Counted from the stretch's first letter, positions 24,877 through 37,475 are shown. The stretch is 64,000 nt of DNA from Octopus sinensis (GCF_006345805.1 NC_043000.1:81902001-81966000), one strand, 5' to 3'. Notes: a model not told the origin generated them from the sequence alone. A program made the numbers and translations.

Positions 24877-25274
24877 CCTTTCTAGTAAAGGCACAATACC
24901 TAAAATTTTGGGGAAGGGGGCCAGTCGATTAGATCGACCCCAGTACGCAACTGGTACTTAATTCATCGACTCCGAAAGGATGAAAGGCTAAGTCGAACTC
25001 GGTGGAATTTGAACTCATAACGTAGCAACGGGCGAAATACCTATTTCTTTATTACCCACAAGGGGCTAAACATAGAGGGGACAAACAAGGACAGACATAG
25101 GTATTAAGTCGATTACATCGACCCCAGTGCGTAACTGGTACTTAATTTATCGACCCCGAAAGGATGAAAGGCAAAGTCGACCTCGGCGGAATTTGAACTC
25201 ACAACGTAACGGCAGACGAAATACGGCTACGCATTTCGCCCGGCGTGCTAACGTTTCTGCCAGCTCGCCGCCCA
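24877..25274 (-). mobile_element. SINE group C dimer inside one TSD
   Basis: 17-bp ATGGCTTCTAATTTAAT at 24860-24876 and 25275-25291; junction 25040/25041. Confidence 0.85.
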
Positions 25275-25689
25275 ATGGCTTCTAATTTAATGTCTAACTT
25301 GAGAGCTAATTTTGGTGTAGTGCTTAGCACGTCTATACAGTAATCCGCCCTCAATACTGTAGGATATGGCCAAAATAATGCAAAGTAATACACAATCAAA
25401 GACATACACTTCAAAATATAATAAGAAGTACCAACATTAATGCTAAAATCAATATTAACTCCAAATACGGTACTGTGTACAGATTGGTACCTCAATATTT
25501 GTGAGTAGTGGAAAGAGTTATATACATATAGCAGACATTAAAATGCAGCTTTAGGCTATTCCATGTTATCAGCGGTGAAGTGGTAAGATTGATGTTTTAT
25601 CGATCGACGCTGCCAAGTGGTGATTGAATCTCACGAACAAGCTTGGAATCGGCTGTATGTACAGAGCTTATGCATGCATGTAAGCATGT

Positions 25690-25720
<31 letters not shown>

Positions 25721-25942
25721 CGCACACACGCACACACACATACATATATATGCATGTATATATATATATATATATATACACATACATATATGTATGCATG
25801 TCTGTATATATATATGTATGTATACTTTGTGTGTGTGTGTATATGCATATATCTATGCATGTATACATGTACACATAATTAAATACAATCATAGACTTAC
25901 ATGCACACACACACACACACACAAACACATACACACAAACAC

Positions 25943-25977
<35 letters not shown>

Positions 25978-26384
25978 CACACACATGTCATTCAACCAAG
26001 AAAAGGATTGGGTCTCTGACAGTCTACTACATTTTCTTTGACCAATTTTCACTCCCAAAGCATTACTGGATCCGATGCTATGCTAGAAATGACTTACAAC
26101 TAAATAAATTGATTTCTAAAATTGGGGAAATACTGTAAACCATTATCACAAGGGTCGGGCGGGTGAATTCGATTTAATTAACTGCAGTACACAACTGGAT
26201 CCTAGGTTGATTAAAATACAGAGGTGGGTTATTTTTGTATAAATACAAACTACATGCACACAATTTAAGTGTATATAAATTTAAATATACATGTATGCAG
26301 GTGCACTCACACACACTTTTTCTAAAAGTTAATATCGACAGGTAACATTTACTGAAGAATTACTCAAAATAGGAGTAAATGCTG

Positions 26385-26500
26385 TGTGGCACTTTGGGTA
26401 GTGTCTTCTACTACAGACCCGAATTAACTAAACCTTATGAGTAGATTTGGCCGACGGAAAGTGAAGGAAGCTCGTCGTCTGTGTGTGTGCGGGCGTGTGC
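26385..26500 (+). mobile_element. SINE group B 5' fragment
   Basis: GTGTCTTCTACTA...GAGTAGATTTGG..GAAGCTCGTCG. Confidence 0.6.
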
Positions 26501-26893
26501 GTGTGTATGTATGTATGCATGTATGTATGTATGTATGTATGTATGTATGTATGTATGTATGTATGTATGTATGTATGTATGTATGTATGGGATCAACAGA
26601 TGAGATACAGAAATTCTCAATATAGAAAACGTTTGGTACGCTCAAATGAGTTGAACTTACATTCCGAAACCTTTACTGAGGACCAAGACCGCGGGGTAAA
26701 GAATGGCTAAAAGAGGAATCCAGGTGAGCAGATATGAAGACAATGATGCAAATAAACAAACTGCTTGGGTTTGATATACAAAACACGTATATCTGTAAAT
26801 AGAGAGAAATCAAAAACTGAAACTTTTCAGACGATGAATATTCAAGTATAAGTATAAAAGTATTTATATTATTAACAGAGCAAATTTACACAG

Positions 26894-27414
26894 TATGTAT
26901 GTATGTATGTATGTATGTATGTATGTATGTATGTATGTATGTATGTATGTATGTATGTATGTATGCATGTATGCATGTATGTATGTATGTATGTATGTAT
27001 GTATGTATGTATGTATGCATGTATGTATGTATGTATGTATGTATGCATGCATGTATGTATGTATGTATGTATGTATGTATGCATGCATGCATGCATGTAT
27101 GTATGTATGTATGTATGTATGTATGTATGTATGTATGTATGCATGTATGCATGTATGTATGCATGTATGAATGCATGTATGAATGTATGTATGTATGTAT
27201 GTATGTATGTATGTATGTATGTATGTATGTATGTATGTATGCATGTATGTATGCATGTATGAATGCATGTATGAATGTATGTATGTATGTATGTATGTAT
27301 GTATGTATGTATGTATGTATGCATGTATGAATGCATGTATGAATGTATGTATGTATGTATGTATGTATGTATGTATGTATGTATGTATGTATGTATGTAT
27401 GTATGTATGCATGT
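26894..27414. repeat. ~520-bp (TATG)n array with GCAT/GAAT variants
   Basis: Direct. Confidence 0.97.
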
Positions 27415-27475
27415 ATAATCCCAACGCATTTTTACTCTCTTCATTTTTTCTCATTCTCCATTTTTTCCTCTCAAT

Positions 27476-27511
27476 CCTTCTGTCGAAGAGTGTAAGCTCG
27501 AAACGTCAAAG
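27476..27511 (+). ncRNA. Minimal type-I hammerhead, CUGUCGA core
   Basis: CCTT-CTGTCGA-A-GAGT-GTAA-GCTC-GAAAC-GTC^AAAG. Confidence 0.65.
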
Positions 27512-27606
27512 ACTTTTCCATTTTTCCCGTGCGTCAAATTAATACACCTGCTTGTTGTTCCCTCACCTGTCTTCGTCTTTTCTTTTCTGTAAATTTGAGC
27601 TATATA

Positions 27607-28883
27607 CGAGGGGCGTTCAATAAGTAATGCCCCTGACCCACTTCCCATAGCAGTAGAGCAACGACACTTGGCACAGTTATTAGTCTTTTCCTACATAGGA
27701 ACCACCCAGAGTTACGCATTTCTCCCATCGTTTGATGCGGCTCTGGAGACCGTTTTTGTAGAAGAACCCAGCTTGGTCCTCCAACCTCAACGTGACTTCA
27801 GAAATCAAGGCTGCATCATCTGGGAAACGCTTTCCTTTCAAAAACAACTTCATGATTGGGAAGAGGTGAAAATCAGAGGGTGCAAGGTCAGGAATGTAGG
27901 GTGCAAGGGGAGGAGTTCATAGCTGCACGCCTGTGCTTCTGATCTGGCGACAAGCGAGTTGTGGACCGGAGCGTTGTCCTGCAGGAGGAGGATGCCTTTG
28001 TTGATCTTGCCCCGCCTCTTGATTTTGATAGCTTCTCTTAATTTCCTCAAAAGTGAAGCATAATAGGCTCCTGCAATTGTGGTACCCTTTGCCAGGAAAT
28101 CTGTCATCACTACTCCGTCCTGGTCCCAGAAGACTGTGAGCATGACCTTGCCAGCGGAGGGCTGCACCCTTGCCTTCTTTGGAGGGGGTGAGTCACGGTG
28201 CTTCCACTGCATTGACTGGGCTTTGGTCTCTGGATCATAGTGATGGACCCAGGTTTCATCCTGTGTAATCAGTCTTCTGAAAAATGTTGACTCATCTTCT
28301 TGGCACATCTCCAAATTCACCCTCGAGCACTCGACGCGTTCTTGCTTCTGGAAAGGTGTGAGCAACCTGGGAATCCATCTGGCAGACACCTTTTGCATAT
28401 GCAAATGGTCATGAATGATAGTTTCCACAGACCTCATGGGCTATTTGACGAATAATTATGCGTCGATCTTCCAAAATGGCAGCCTCAACTTGACGGACAG
28501 ATGCCTCATCAATGGCAGAAGGGGGGGGGGACCAGATCTGGGAGCTGTTTCCACAGAGTTCCGACCATGTTTGAATTCACGATGCCAGCGTTTTACAAGG
28601 TCATATGATGGGGCATCATCACCATAAGTTACTTTCATTTCATCAAAAGTCTCCCGTGGTGTGCGTCCTTTCAAATACAAAAACCGGATCACTGCTCGAC
28701 ACTCAACAGGCTCCATTTCACACTTGACTCAGTTCAAACACCTGTAAATCAGAAACCACAATTAGTTCATAGCTGTAATTTGCCACTTACTCTATAGAGA
28801 TATAAATGATTGCACATGCAAAATTTCAGCTAGATCAAACAATTGCAAGTGGGTCAGAGGCATTACTTATTGAACGTCCCTCG
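27607..28883 (-). mobile_element. Full-length mariner (DD34D-type) element
   Basis: 37-bp TIRs CGAGGG(G/A)CGTTCAATAAGTAATGCC(C/T)CTGACCCACTT with 2 mismatches, TA on both sides, 1277 bp. Confidence 0.95.
27700..28716 (-). pseudogene. Mariner transposase, frameshifted
   Basis: HTH MEPVECRAVIRFL..; WIPRLLT; TQDETWVHHYDP; QDNAPVH; YSPDLAP region out of frame. Confidence 0.92.
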
Positions 28884-28906
28884 TATATTTGTACATATTC
28901 ATACAC

Positions 28907-29850
28907 ACGAGGTGCATTGCAGGAGGTTTGAGACCTTTTCGGGGTAGTAGCAATTATAACTCTCCTAGATAATTGTAATTTTAGTATATCATTACTATAC
29001 AGCCAATAAACTGACCTGCTTACATTTTTTTTCCAGATTGAAGGAGACGGATGCGGCAGCACTTTGAACCCTACAAAACACTGCTTGTCACAGATGACTA
29101 GTTCGCAGAATGCAGTCGGGACTTGAAGACAATTTCGAAGCTTGTTGTGCAATGAAGCCTTGTGCTGTAGAAACTTATGAAATATCCCAGACCGCTTATG
29201 AATTGACTTGTGCTAGCCGAACATCTGTTTTCGCTGGCACAAGAGGTTCAAGAACGCTAGAGAGGAGGTGGGAAACGATGAGAGGTGTTAGAGGGAGAGG
29301 AACATCAGAATATCAGAGCTGGTTGAGAAGATTCGCTATCTTATGGATGAAGACTGTCAATAAAGACCGCTTGGAGTTAGTGTAGCGACCGTACACAGAA
29401 TTATTCAAGAAGATATGTGTAGGAAATTTGTTCCCAGAATGCTCATTGACGAACACAAGAAAAGAGGTGTTGGTGATAACAGGGAGATGACTGAGCTCAT
29501 GACCTCCCATCCAAAAGTACTTGAGTCTCTGGTGACCTGTGACAAAAGCTGGCTCTACTGTTATGATCCAGAGACGAAGAGATAGACTACCCAATGGAAA
29601 CATCTTGACTCCCCCAGACCCAAGATGGCCAGGCAAAGCAAGTTCACCGGGACGTTCTTGATGTTCCCCTCTTTTCAACAGCAAAGGCGCCATTTACATC
29701 CACTGGGGTCACTCTGTCCAGAAGGTCAGCAAAGAGTATTTTGTGACAATTTTAAAGGAATTCAGGAAGAGATTTCGTTGTAAAAGGCCAGAGCTCTCCC
29801 ATTCGGCTTGATGGCATCTGAACCATAACAATGCACCGCACAGCAGTTCT
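28907..29850 (+). mobile_element. Degenerate mariner
   Basis: CGAGGTGC start; decayed TCDKSWLYCYDPETK and FVPRML motifs. Confidence 0.7.
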
Positions 29851-30309
29851 ATCCTGAATGTATATATATATTTATATTCATGTACTTCTGGTATTTATAT
29901 TCATGTACTGATGATGGTAAAGTAATTTGTATTACTAAACCAGAAATCAGACGATCTGGAATTAATCTAAAAATTTTACTAAATCACTTTTCTTCATTTG
30001 TTCGCTTTCAGCTTTGTGCTAATGGAGTGTAATTTGAAGTAGTTTTTAGAGTCTTTTGACGTCTATCTCTAGCGTCCAGGTGCTCTTTCTCAGTACCCTT
30101 AATCATAATTATATATTTACAATAATGTTTATCTTTAAGGTTTTTATTACATGCTGGCTACTGATAAGATCATTAATTGATCTTATCCCTAATTATGTGT
30201 GTATACATACATATATACATACATACATACATACATACATACATACGTACATACATACATACATACATACATACATACATACATACCAATATGCATGCAT
30301 ACATACCAA

Positions 30310-30409
<100 letters not shown>

Positions 30410-30410
30410 G

Positions 30411-30612
30411 TTAATCCAAACATGAAAACACAAAGAGAAAACACAACAACGCGAGGACGTGGAACAAATATAGTATTATTGGACGCTCATGAAGGAAGGG
30501 AAGAAGGAGGGTTTTACGTTTCGAGCGGAGCTCTTCATCAGAAACATAGGAAAAGGAAAGATCCAAAGAAGGGAAGACGGATGAAAAAAAATCGCCAACG
30601 GTACACACGCGG

Positions 30613-30615
<3 letters not shown>
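30411..30615 (-). mobile_element. ~205-bp HHR-bearing pLTR-like element in (TA)n
   Basis: Homologous to 36063-36290 (AATCC start, CAACAACGCGAGGAC, AAAATCGCCAAC end). Confidence 0.75.
30511..30545 (-). ncRNA. Minimal type-I hammerhead ribozyme
   Basis: Minus: GTTT-CTGATGA-A-GAGC-TCC-GCTC-GAAAC-GTA^AAAC. Confidence 0.8.
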
Positions 30616-30651
<36 letters not shown>

Positions 30652-30679
30652 TATAGATATCTATATATGACCGCATGCG

Positions 30680-30900
30680 GATTTGTGTTTTACTCTACCA
30701 CTGCATGACAACCCGTGTTGGTTTGTTTACGTCTCCGGAATTTGATGGTTTGGCAAAAAGAGACCGATAGAATAAGTAGCTGGCTTGAAAAGAAAATAAG
30801 AACTGGGGGTGGTTTGTTCCACTAAAACATATGAAGGCAATGCATCAGCATTGCCACAGTGCAAAACAGCTAAAACAAGCAAAAGATAAAAGATAAGAGA
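30680..30900 (+). mobile_element. SINE group B 3' half
   Basis: AGACCGATAGAATAAGTA...CAGCATTGCCACAGT. Confidence 0.7.
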
Positions 30901-32935
30901 AGAAAACATTACTATAAAAGATGTGAAAATAATCATAAAAGAAACCTTTAAATCGTCTGGTGGAATATTTATATTCTTTCAACGTATAAGGATAATTCTC
31001 CTGTGTGGTTGTCTGCTTTATTAAATCACAGACAGACATTTTACGAAAAATTTTTATCTTCTGAATTTTTTTTTTTTTGTATTAACACCAAGAAATTTTA
31101 GTGTGGCGTTTAGTCATAAATTCTTCGTTGGTGGTTCACAATATTAAATTGCTAGCGGGTAAAGACAAGAATGACCGTACTAATACTTATTTGAGTTTCC
31201 ATATTTTATTAACCTGAATCATTTATGTCTACATGTATACATATAAATAACACTGTGTAACAAAATTTATATATATATTTTGTCTTTGGTCATTGTGTTA
31301 TTTCTTATTTACTTCTCTCTAGAAATGAAAAGAAATGAATAGTGTTCCCTTCAAACTTCACTGTTGTGACCTGGACAACAGTGTTTTGTAACTGACCTAT
31401 TTTCCATTACATTTCAGACAGATTCAGCACTGAGTTGCTGAAGCAGAAATATGGGTATAGCAAATATTCTGCTCGATATTACAGATTAGCTTGTCAACTG
31501 TTTGACCTTAACCACTTGAGCATGTTCATTAGCGACTGACAATATGTGCATCTCTAATCATGAGCAGGTGTAGTGGGGGAGCATCATAGCCATGTGTTGG
31601 GAGGGATTCTTTAGAGTTTGAATAAATACCATAACAAAAGAGAAATTTGAAAGAAATATTAGTCACTTTTCATACTTTCTAGGGTTAAGCAAATAAAAAA
31701 TAACAGTTGCTACCCAGAGACAAAAACCGCGTTACACAGTGTAATTTAAGGGAACAACGTTCATGAAACAATGAACATAACAATTAGGAACCTTCTGTTT
31801 ATATAGCGTGCTGGATAATATGAAATTTGTCCATAGTTATTGATGATGAAATAAGAGGGAATTAAAACTATTGCATGTAATCAATCAATGTGTGCGTGGT
31901 TTAATTACAATTCAAGGTTATTACCTTTGCTAAACACGTCATAAACATTAAGTAAGAAAAAGAAAGTAAAAGAGCTCGAGGGACTAGCTCACCGAGTATA
32001 GCGAGTAGTTTTGTGTGGAGTACTGAGAGGCTCAAATCTGAGGTCACCAACTTTTTATGACTGTAAACCAAATTTTCCAGAGTTTCGATCGACTTATTTG
32101 GCAGGAAAAGTCACTTGTTTCTTTGAAGTTCGCCGCATCTACCATAACAAGTCAGTCATATTCGCATAGGTATCCATGCTTTTTATGACAATACGGTAGG
32201 ACGTGGTTCAGAGAATGAACAATCAGAGAGTAATGGTTCATAACTCAGTCGAAGTCCCGCTATGAAATTAACCCAGAAAGTGTAGTAAGCATTCAAGTCT
32301 TCCAAAATACAGAATTTCGAAACAATTAAGTTGTATTTAAAGTTTCTGTTGTAGCTATAAGTGCCGTTGAGAATTATATTCTTAACGAAAAGAAATTAAT
32401 CTCATAAAGTATTTTATAACTTTTTTCTCGGATTTGTTTCAGAAAGATAACATTAGAATAATTATAACAAAGTATTAACACCAAACAGTGTTTAGACATA
32501 AGCCAAGCTTAGGTTAGTTAAAATATATTTGTGACATATTTCAACTATTAAAAAGCAAGTTTACTGCAGTTGCCGCAGAGAAAATATTTCATTTATGGTA
32601 CAAAGGTGTGAAAACATCCTATTTGTTCAGTGTCGCCATCTATCAGGACTCCCAGACATCGATGGTTCAAGCTAGTTGACTGTTATCTATGGGAGGTATC
32701 AAAAAGAGGCAACTCTGGACAAATCTGACAAAACACCTGGTGGCGTTTTGTCACATATTCACATGTTCTTTTATAAAAGAGCTGATGGGAGTGTGTTCAT
32801 AAAACTGTTGATATGACGACTGCATTGTTGTTAGGCTTGTTATTGATACTGTTGCTGTTGTGGAAATGCTGAAATTTTTTAACCTAAAAGTTCAATCCAG
32901 ATCAAGCAAACCTATATCATATAGGTATTTGATTA

Positions 32936-33095
32936 GGCACGAGCATGGCCGTGTGGTAAGAAGCTTACTTCCCAATCACATGGCTTGGCGTTCAGTCTTA
33001 CTGAGTGGCACTTGGTTAGTGTTTTCTACTGCAGCCTTGGGCCAACCAAAGCCTTATAGGTGTATTTGAAAGACGGTAACTGAAAGAAGCCCGAC
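32936..33095 (+). mobile_element. SINE group B 5' half
   Basis: GCATGGCCGTGTGGTAAGAAGCTT...GAAAGAAGCCCG. Confidence 0.75.
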
Positions 33096-33171
33096 GTATA
33101 CACACACACATACTTCGGGCTTTTTTATATGAATATAAATGTGTGTATATATACATGCATGCACATACACA

Positions 33172-34290
33172 CGAGGGGCGCTCATTAAAGATTCCCCTGA
33201 TCCACTTCCGGTTATTGCAGGAAACGGAACTTGTACAGGTATAATCATACATATCTCTACATGTCACATTGTAATTTTCAGATTTCCACTAGTATCCGTT
33301 TGTCTTTTGCGGCTGCTGAAGTGGACTAAGGTGTTATAATGGGAGCAGTTGAATTCAGATCATTGATCAGGTTCTCATACATAAAAGGCCGTACACCAAA
33401 AGAGACTTTCAATGAGATGAAAGAAGTTTATGGTGACAATGTGCCGTCATACAACATAGTCAAGCACAGGCATCACCAGTTCAAATGTGGTCGGACATCG
33501 GTGGAAACTGCTCCTATTCCTGGATGACTACATTCTGCCATTGATGACAACACTGTCCATAAAGTGGAAGCTGCCATTTTGGAGGATCGTCGGCAACTAG
33601 CCCAAGAAGTGAAGATAAGTGTAAGGTCCGTGGAAAAAAAATCATTCATGGCCATTTGCGCATGCGAAGGTTGTCTGCACGATGGACTCCCTGGATGCTC
33701 ATACCTTTTCAGAAACAGGAACGTGTCAATTGATTCCAGGCTCTTTTGGCAATATTCCAAGAAAACGAGGAGGACTTTGCGGCAGACTTATCACACAGGA
33801 TGAAACATGGGTCCATCACTATGATCCTGTGACTAAAGTCCAGTCGATGCAATGGATGGGTGATAATTCACCACCTCCAAAGAAGGCTCATGTCCAACTT
33901 TCAGCAGGCAAGTGATGCTCACACGGAGTAGTGATGATGGCTTTTCTGGCAAAGGGCACCACAATTAACGAGGCCTATTATGCTTCTCTGCTGCAGAAAT
34001 CGCGGGACGCCATCAACGCAGAGAGGCGTGGTATGCTGTTCAAAGGAGTCCGCCTCCTACAAAACAATAACCCAGTTCACAATGCGCATGTTGCTCAGAT
34101 GAAAGCACACTCCTGCGACTATGAAATCCTTCAGCATTCCCCTTACTCTCCCGACCGCGCACCATCTGACTTTCACCTCTTTCTAACCATGAAGTTTTAT
34201 TTTAAAGAGGAAGCAATTTTCGGATGATGATCAGCTTCTTTCCGAGGTAAAGTCTTGGCTCCAGACGAAACCTGCTGACTTCTATGTATG
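33172..34290 (+). mobile_element. Mariner, 3'-truncated, frameshifted transposase (33339-~34290)
   Basis: Left TIR CGAGGGGCGCTC..; ITQDETWVHHYDP, NNPVH, SPYSPDRAPSDFHLF; right TIR not seen; related to the 27607 copy. Confidence 0.9.
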
Positions 34291-34929
34291 TTGAAGATAA
34301 ACAAATTCGTGTTCTTTTAACCACTATAAAAAATACAGTTTCATAATTGCAGAAATAAATTTAATAAACAAGCTGAAGAAGTTGAAGAAAGAGAAAATAA
34401 TTACTACATTATTTTATTTATGTACATTTAGCATTTATAGCACAATTGGAAAGTAAAGTAATTTTGTCGTAGAGAATTACGACTTAAAATTCACTCTAGC
34501 TAACCTTTCATACTAACTACTAGAGTTCACAACAATTCAAATAAGTCTTGTTGGATTTTTATCATAGACATGGCATAAAAAAATAACCAAATAGCTCAAT
34601 GAGCGAGTGTCGTGGAGTTTAGTAACATCCTACGAGCACTGAGTAATTTTCCCAAATCAGAGTTTTTCATAACTGCTCATATCCGAATTCTAAGAACCGT
34701 ATTTCGTGAAACAGACGAATGTTTAGAATTCGTATATGGACAGTAATTTTAACCAATGGGATTACCAACAATTATGTTTGTTCGGGCAAACGACAATTAC
34801 GTCATACTGCCGCCTTTTATGACTTGCTACAACTGAATCAAATAAAGATAGAAGATAAAAGACATAAGATAAACGACCAGAGATGATCGACAAACCTATG
34901 GCTTCCCTTTTTTTTATATCTTTACTTAA

Positions 34930-35160
34930 TTAGGACATTTGAAACACGAGTCCAAGACCGTACCAAGTGGCGGTGTTCTATCACCATCGGAACCAAAAAC
35001 TTCGAATCCACCAGAAGAGAAAAGGAAGAATTCAAGCGACAGGAGAGAAAGGCTTGACAAAATCAACTTCGTCTTCCACCAACATTTCCATGCAGTCAAT
35101 GCCATTGACTCTGCTATGCAAGAATTGATCTACTTAGTCATCAACGTCATCACCATAAAG
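34930..35160 (+). mobile_element. RTE-BovB-like LINE C-terminus
   Basis: Frame not in the track reads QDRTKWRCSITIG...RQERKA*...TFPCSQCH*LCYARIDLLSHQRHH (C2H2-like end). Confidence 0.7.
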
Positions 35161-35698
35161 GAAGCATTCAGCAAAGAAAATAAATTCTCGGATAAGAGAT
35201 AACTCCGCCACCGCCGACTTATATTAGGACAATACCATGTATATTAAACGACCAGGAACCTATTGCCTTACATAGGCCATTACACTATACCTCTACTTAT
35301 CATAGGACCATACCAAGTACTTGGACATACAGTGGGTAAGGGGTACGTACAGTGTATTTCTATGTATACCTAACTTCTATATCATAATTTCCATAGAACT
35401 TAAAGCAGTATCTTTTCTGGAAACTTGATGTAATCTTCTTTTGGTAGGAGAAAGGAATAAAATGATTTTAAGACAGAATCACGAACATCAGTATAAATGT
35501 TATATGAAGAAATATCTCGTACTAGATCATTATCGATTATAGTACAAAGCAGCAGACATATGAATCAACGGAGTAATCTCAATGTGTCTCTTGTCTACAG
35601 GAACAAATTAAATTGTTGGAAGATTTCAGAATTGTTTCACTGCTGCAAGGACATCCCAAACTAAATTTCGAAACATCATACGACAGGGTCACCGAAAG

Positions 35699-35731
<33 letters not shown>

Positions 35732-35804
35732 TACACGCGTGCGTGCGGGCACACTCACACTCGTACATACATAAATGCAAACATACATTCATATATACAC
35801 ACAC

Positions 35805-35837
<33 letters not shown>

Positions 35838-36062
35838 CATACATACATACGTACGTATGTACATACATACATACATACAACATACATACATACATACATG
35901 CATACACACACACACACACATACATACATACATAATACATACATACATACATCTGGAACTCGACTGAGGAAAGAAAACTCCGAATGACTCGTCCTTGTTT
36001 TCTTTGTATCGTCTATCTGGATGTTTTGCGCTGTTGTCCCATTTTGTATTTTTTATATATAA

Positions 36063-36290
36063 TACATATATATATATATAATAAATCCCTCCCCCAAAAA
36101 ACGAAGAAAAACACAAGAATAAACAACAACGCGAGGACCTGATACATGCAAAGTATTAAAAGACGCTCAGGGAAGGAAAGAAAGGCTGTTTAACGTTTCG
36201 AGCAAAGCTCTTCTTCAGAAACAGGAGACAGAGGAAAGTCCAAGAGAAAAGGAACACGGAGGGAAAAAAATCGCCAACAGTCCATATGTA
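36063..36290 (-). mobile_element. ~225-bp HHR-bearing pLTR-like element
   Basis: Homologous to 30411-30615; flanked by TA-rich microsatellite. Confidence 0.75.
36186..36224 (-). ncRNA. Minimal type-I hammerhead ribozyme
   Basis: Minus: CTGTTT-CTGAAGA-A-GAGC-TTT-GCTC-GAAAC-GTT^AAACAG; 6-bp helix I. Confidence 0.85.
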
Positions 36291-36609
36291 TTTACATTTT
36301 GTAATATACATGTATATATTATATATGATCCAAATAATAGAAAGAAATACTTCAACACATCTTTAATGATCAGTTGCAATTGTTTCTGAATGAACTCAGC
36401 TTGCAATGTCAGTTTATGCAAAAATTTACTGTGAAAGTTTACATATTTTCGGTTTTAGACATTAGAGTAATACTTCATCAGACTTGCATCGAAAGTGCGC
36501 TCTTACATTGTGCGTCTTCTAGACATTGTTTTTTTTTGTTTATATCGGGAGAAAACAAAAAGTAAATAAAAGTGTGATTAGGGGATGAATAATTAGTATA
36601 GAGACCGTG

Positions 36610-36905
36610 TGAGAAGAAGAAAAAGATGAAAAGGAAGAAGACGACGACTAAGAAGAAGAAGAAGAAGAAGAAGAAGGTGAAGAAGAAGAAGGTGGAGAAG
36701 AAGAAGAAAAAAGAAGAAGGAGAAGGAGGAGGAAAGAGAGGAAGGAGGAGGGGAGGAGAAGAAAGAAGAGAAAAAAGAAAAAGAGGACAAGGACATGACG
36801 ACGACAAACATGAAAATGAGAAGAAAGGAGGAAGAAGGAGGAAAACGCAAGAGAGAGAGAGAGAGAGAGAAGAGAGAGAGGAGAGAGGGAGAGAGAGAGA
36901 GGGAG
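36610..36905. repeat. (GAA/GGA/GA)n purine tract
   Basis: Direct. Confidence 0.9.
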
Positions 36906-37165
36906 AGCTAATCAGTGTATGTGGACGAAAGGTAGGGGTAAATATTCAGAATGACCAGTAAGAACGTAGACGCCAGCATCAAATTTCATTTGATTGGTGA
37001 AAAATTATTCAAGTTTACCACTAGCGACAACATTAAATAGACAAAAGGGAAAGTGGTCCAGTACAGAGAGATATAACAGGGCGACGCCGTAGTAGGATGG
37101 TAAGAGAGAGTGAAAAGGGAAAGATGGGTGAAATTAAAAACAACGATTGCTATTAAAGCGAGAGT

Positions 37166-37475
37166 GGAGGCACATGGCCTAGTGGTTAGAGCAGCGGACT
37201 CGCGGTCGAGGGATCGCGGTTTCGAGTTTCAGACCGGGCGATCTGTGTTTTTATGAGCGAAACACCTAAGCTCCACGCGGCTCCGGCAGAAGGTTATGGC
37301 GAACTTCTGCTGGTTCTTTTGCCACAACTTTTTCTCACTCTTTCCTCCTGCATTTTGCAGTTCACCTGCGACGGACCGGCATCCCGTCCAGGTGAGGAAC
37401 CTACCTATACACCAAGGAAACCGGTCCTTACGAGCCAAGGATGGCTCGAGAAGGAATAAACAAACATTACAGCGA
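37166..37475 (+). mobile_element. tRNA-derived SINE (head A1, tail T2)
   Basis: Head and body colinear with the 570 copy up to ...CTCACTCTT; different 3' tail. Confidence 0.85.

Noticed and set aside
20804-25274. CRISPR-like repeat-spacer array
   Set aside because: The recurring blocks are SINE copies with homologous interiors, not unique spacers, and the context is eukaryotic
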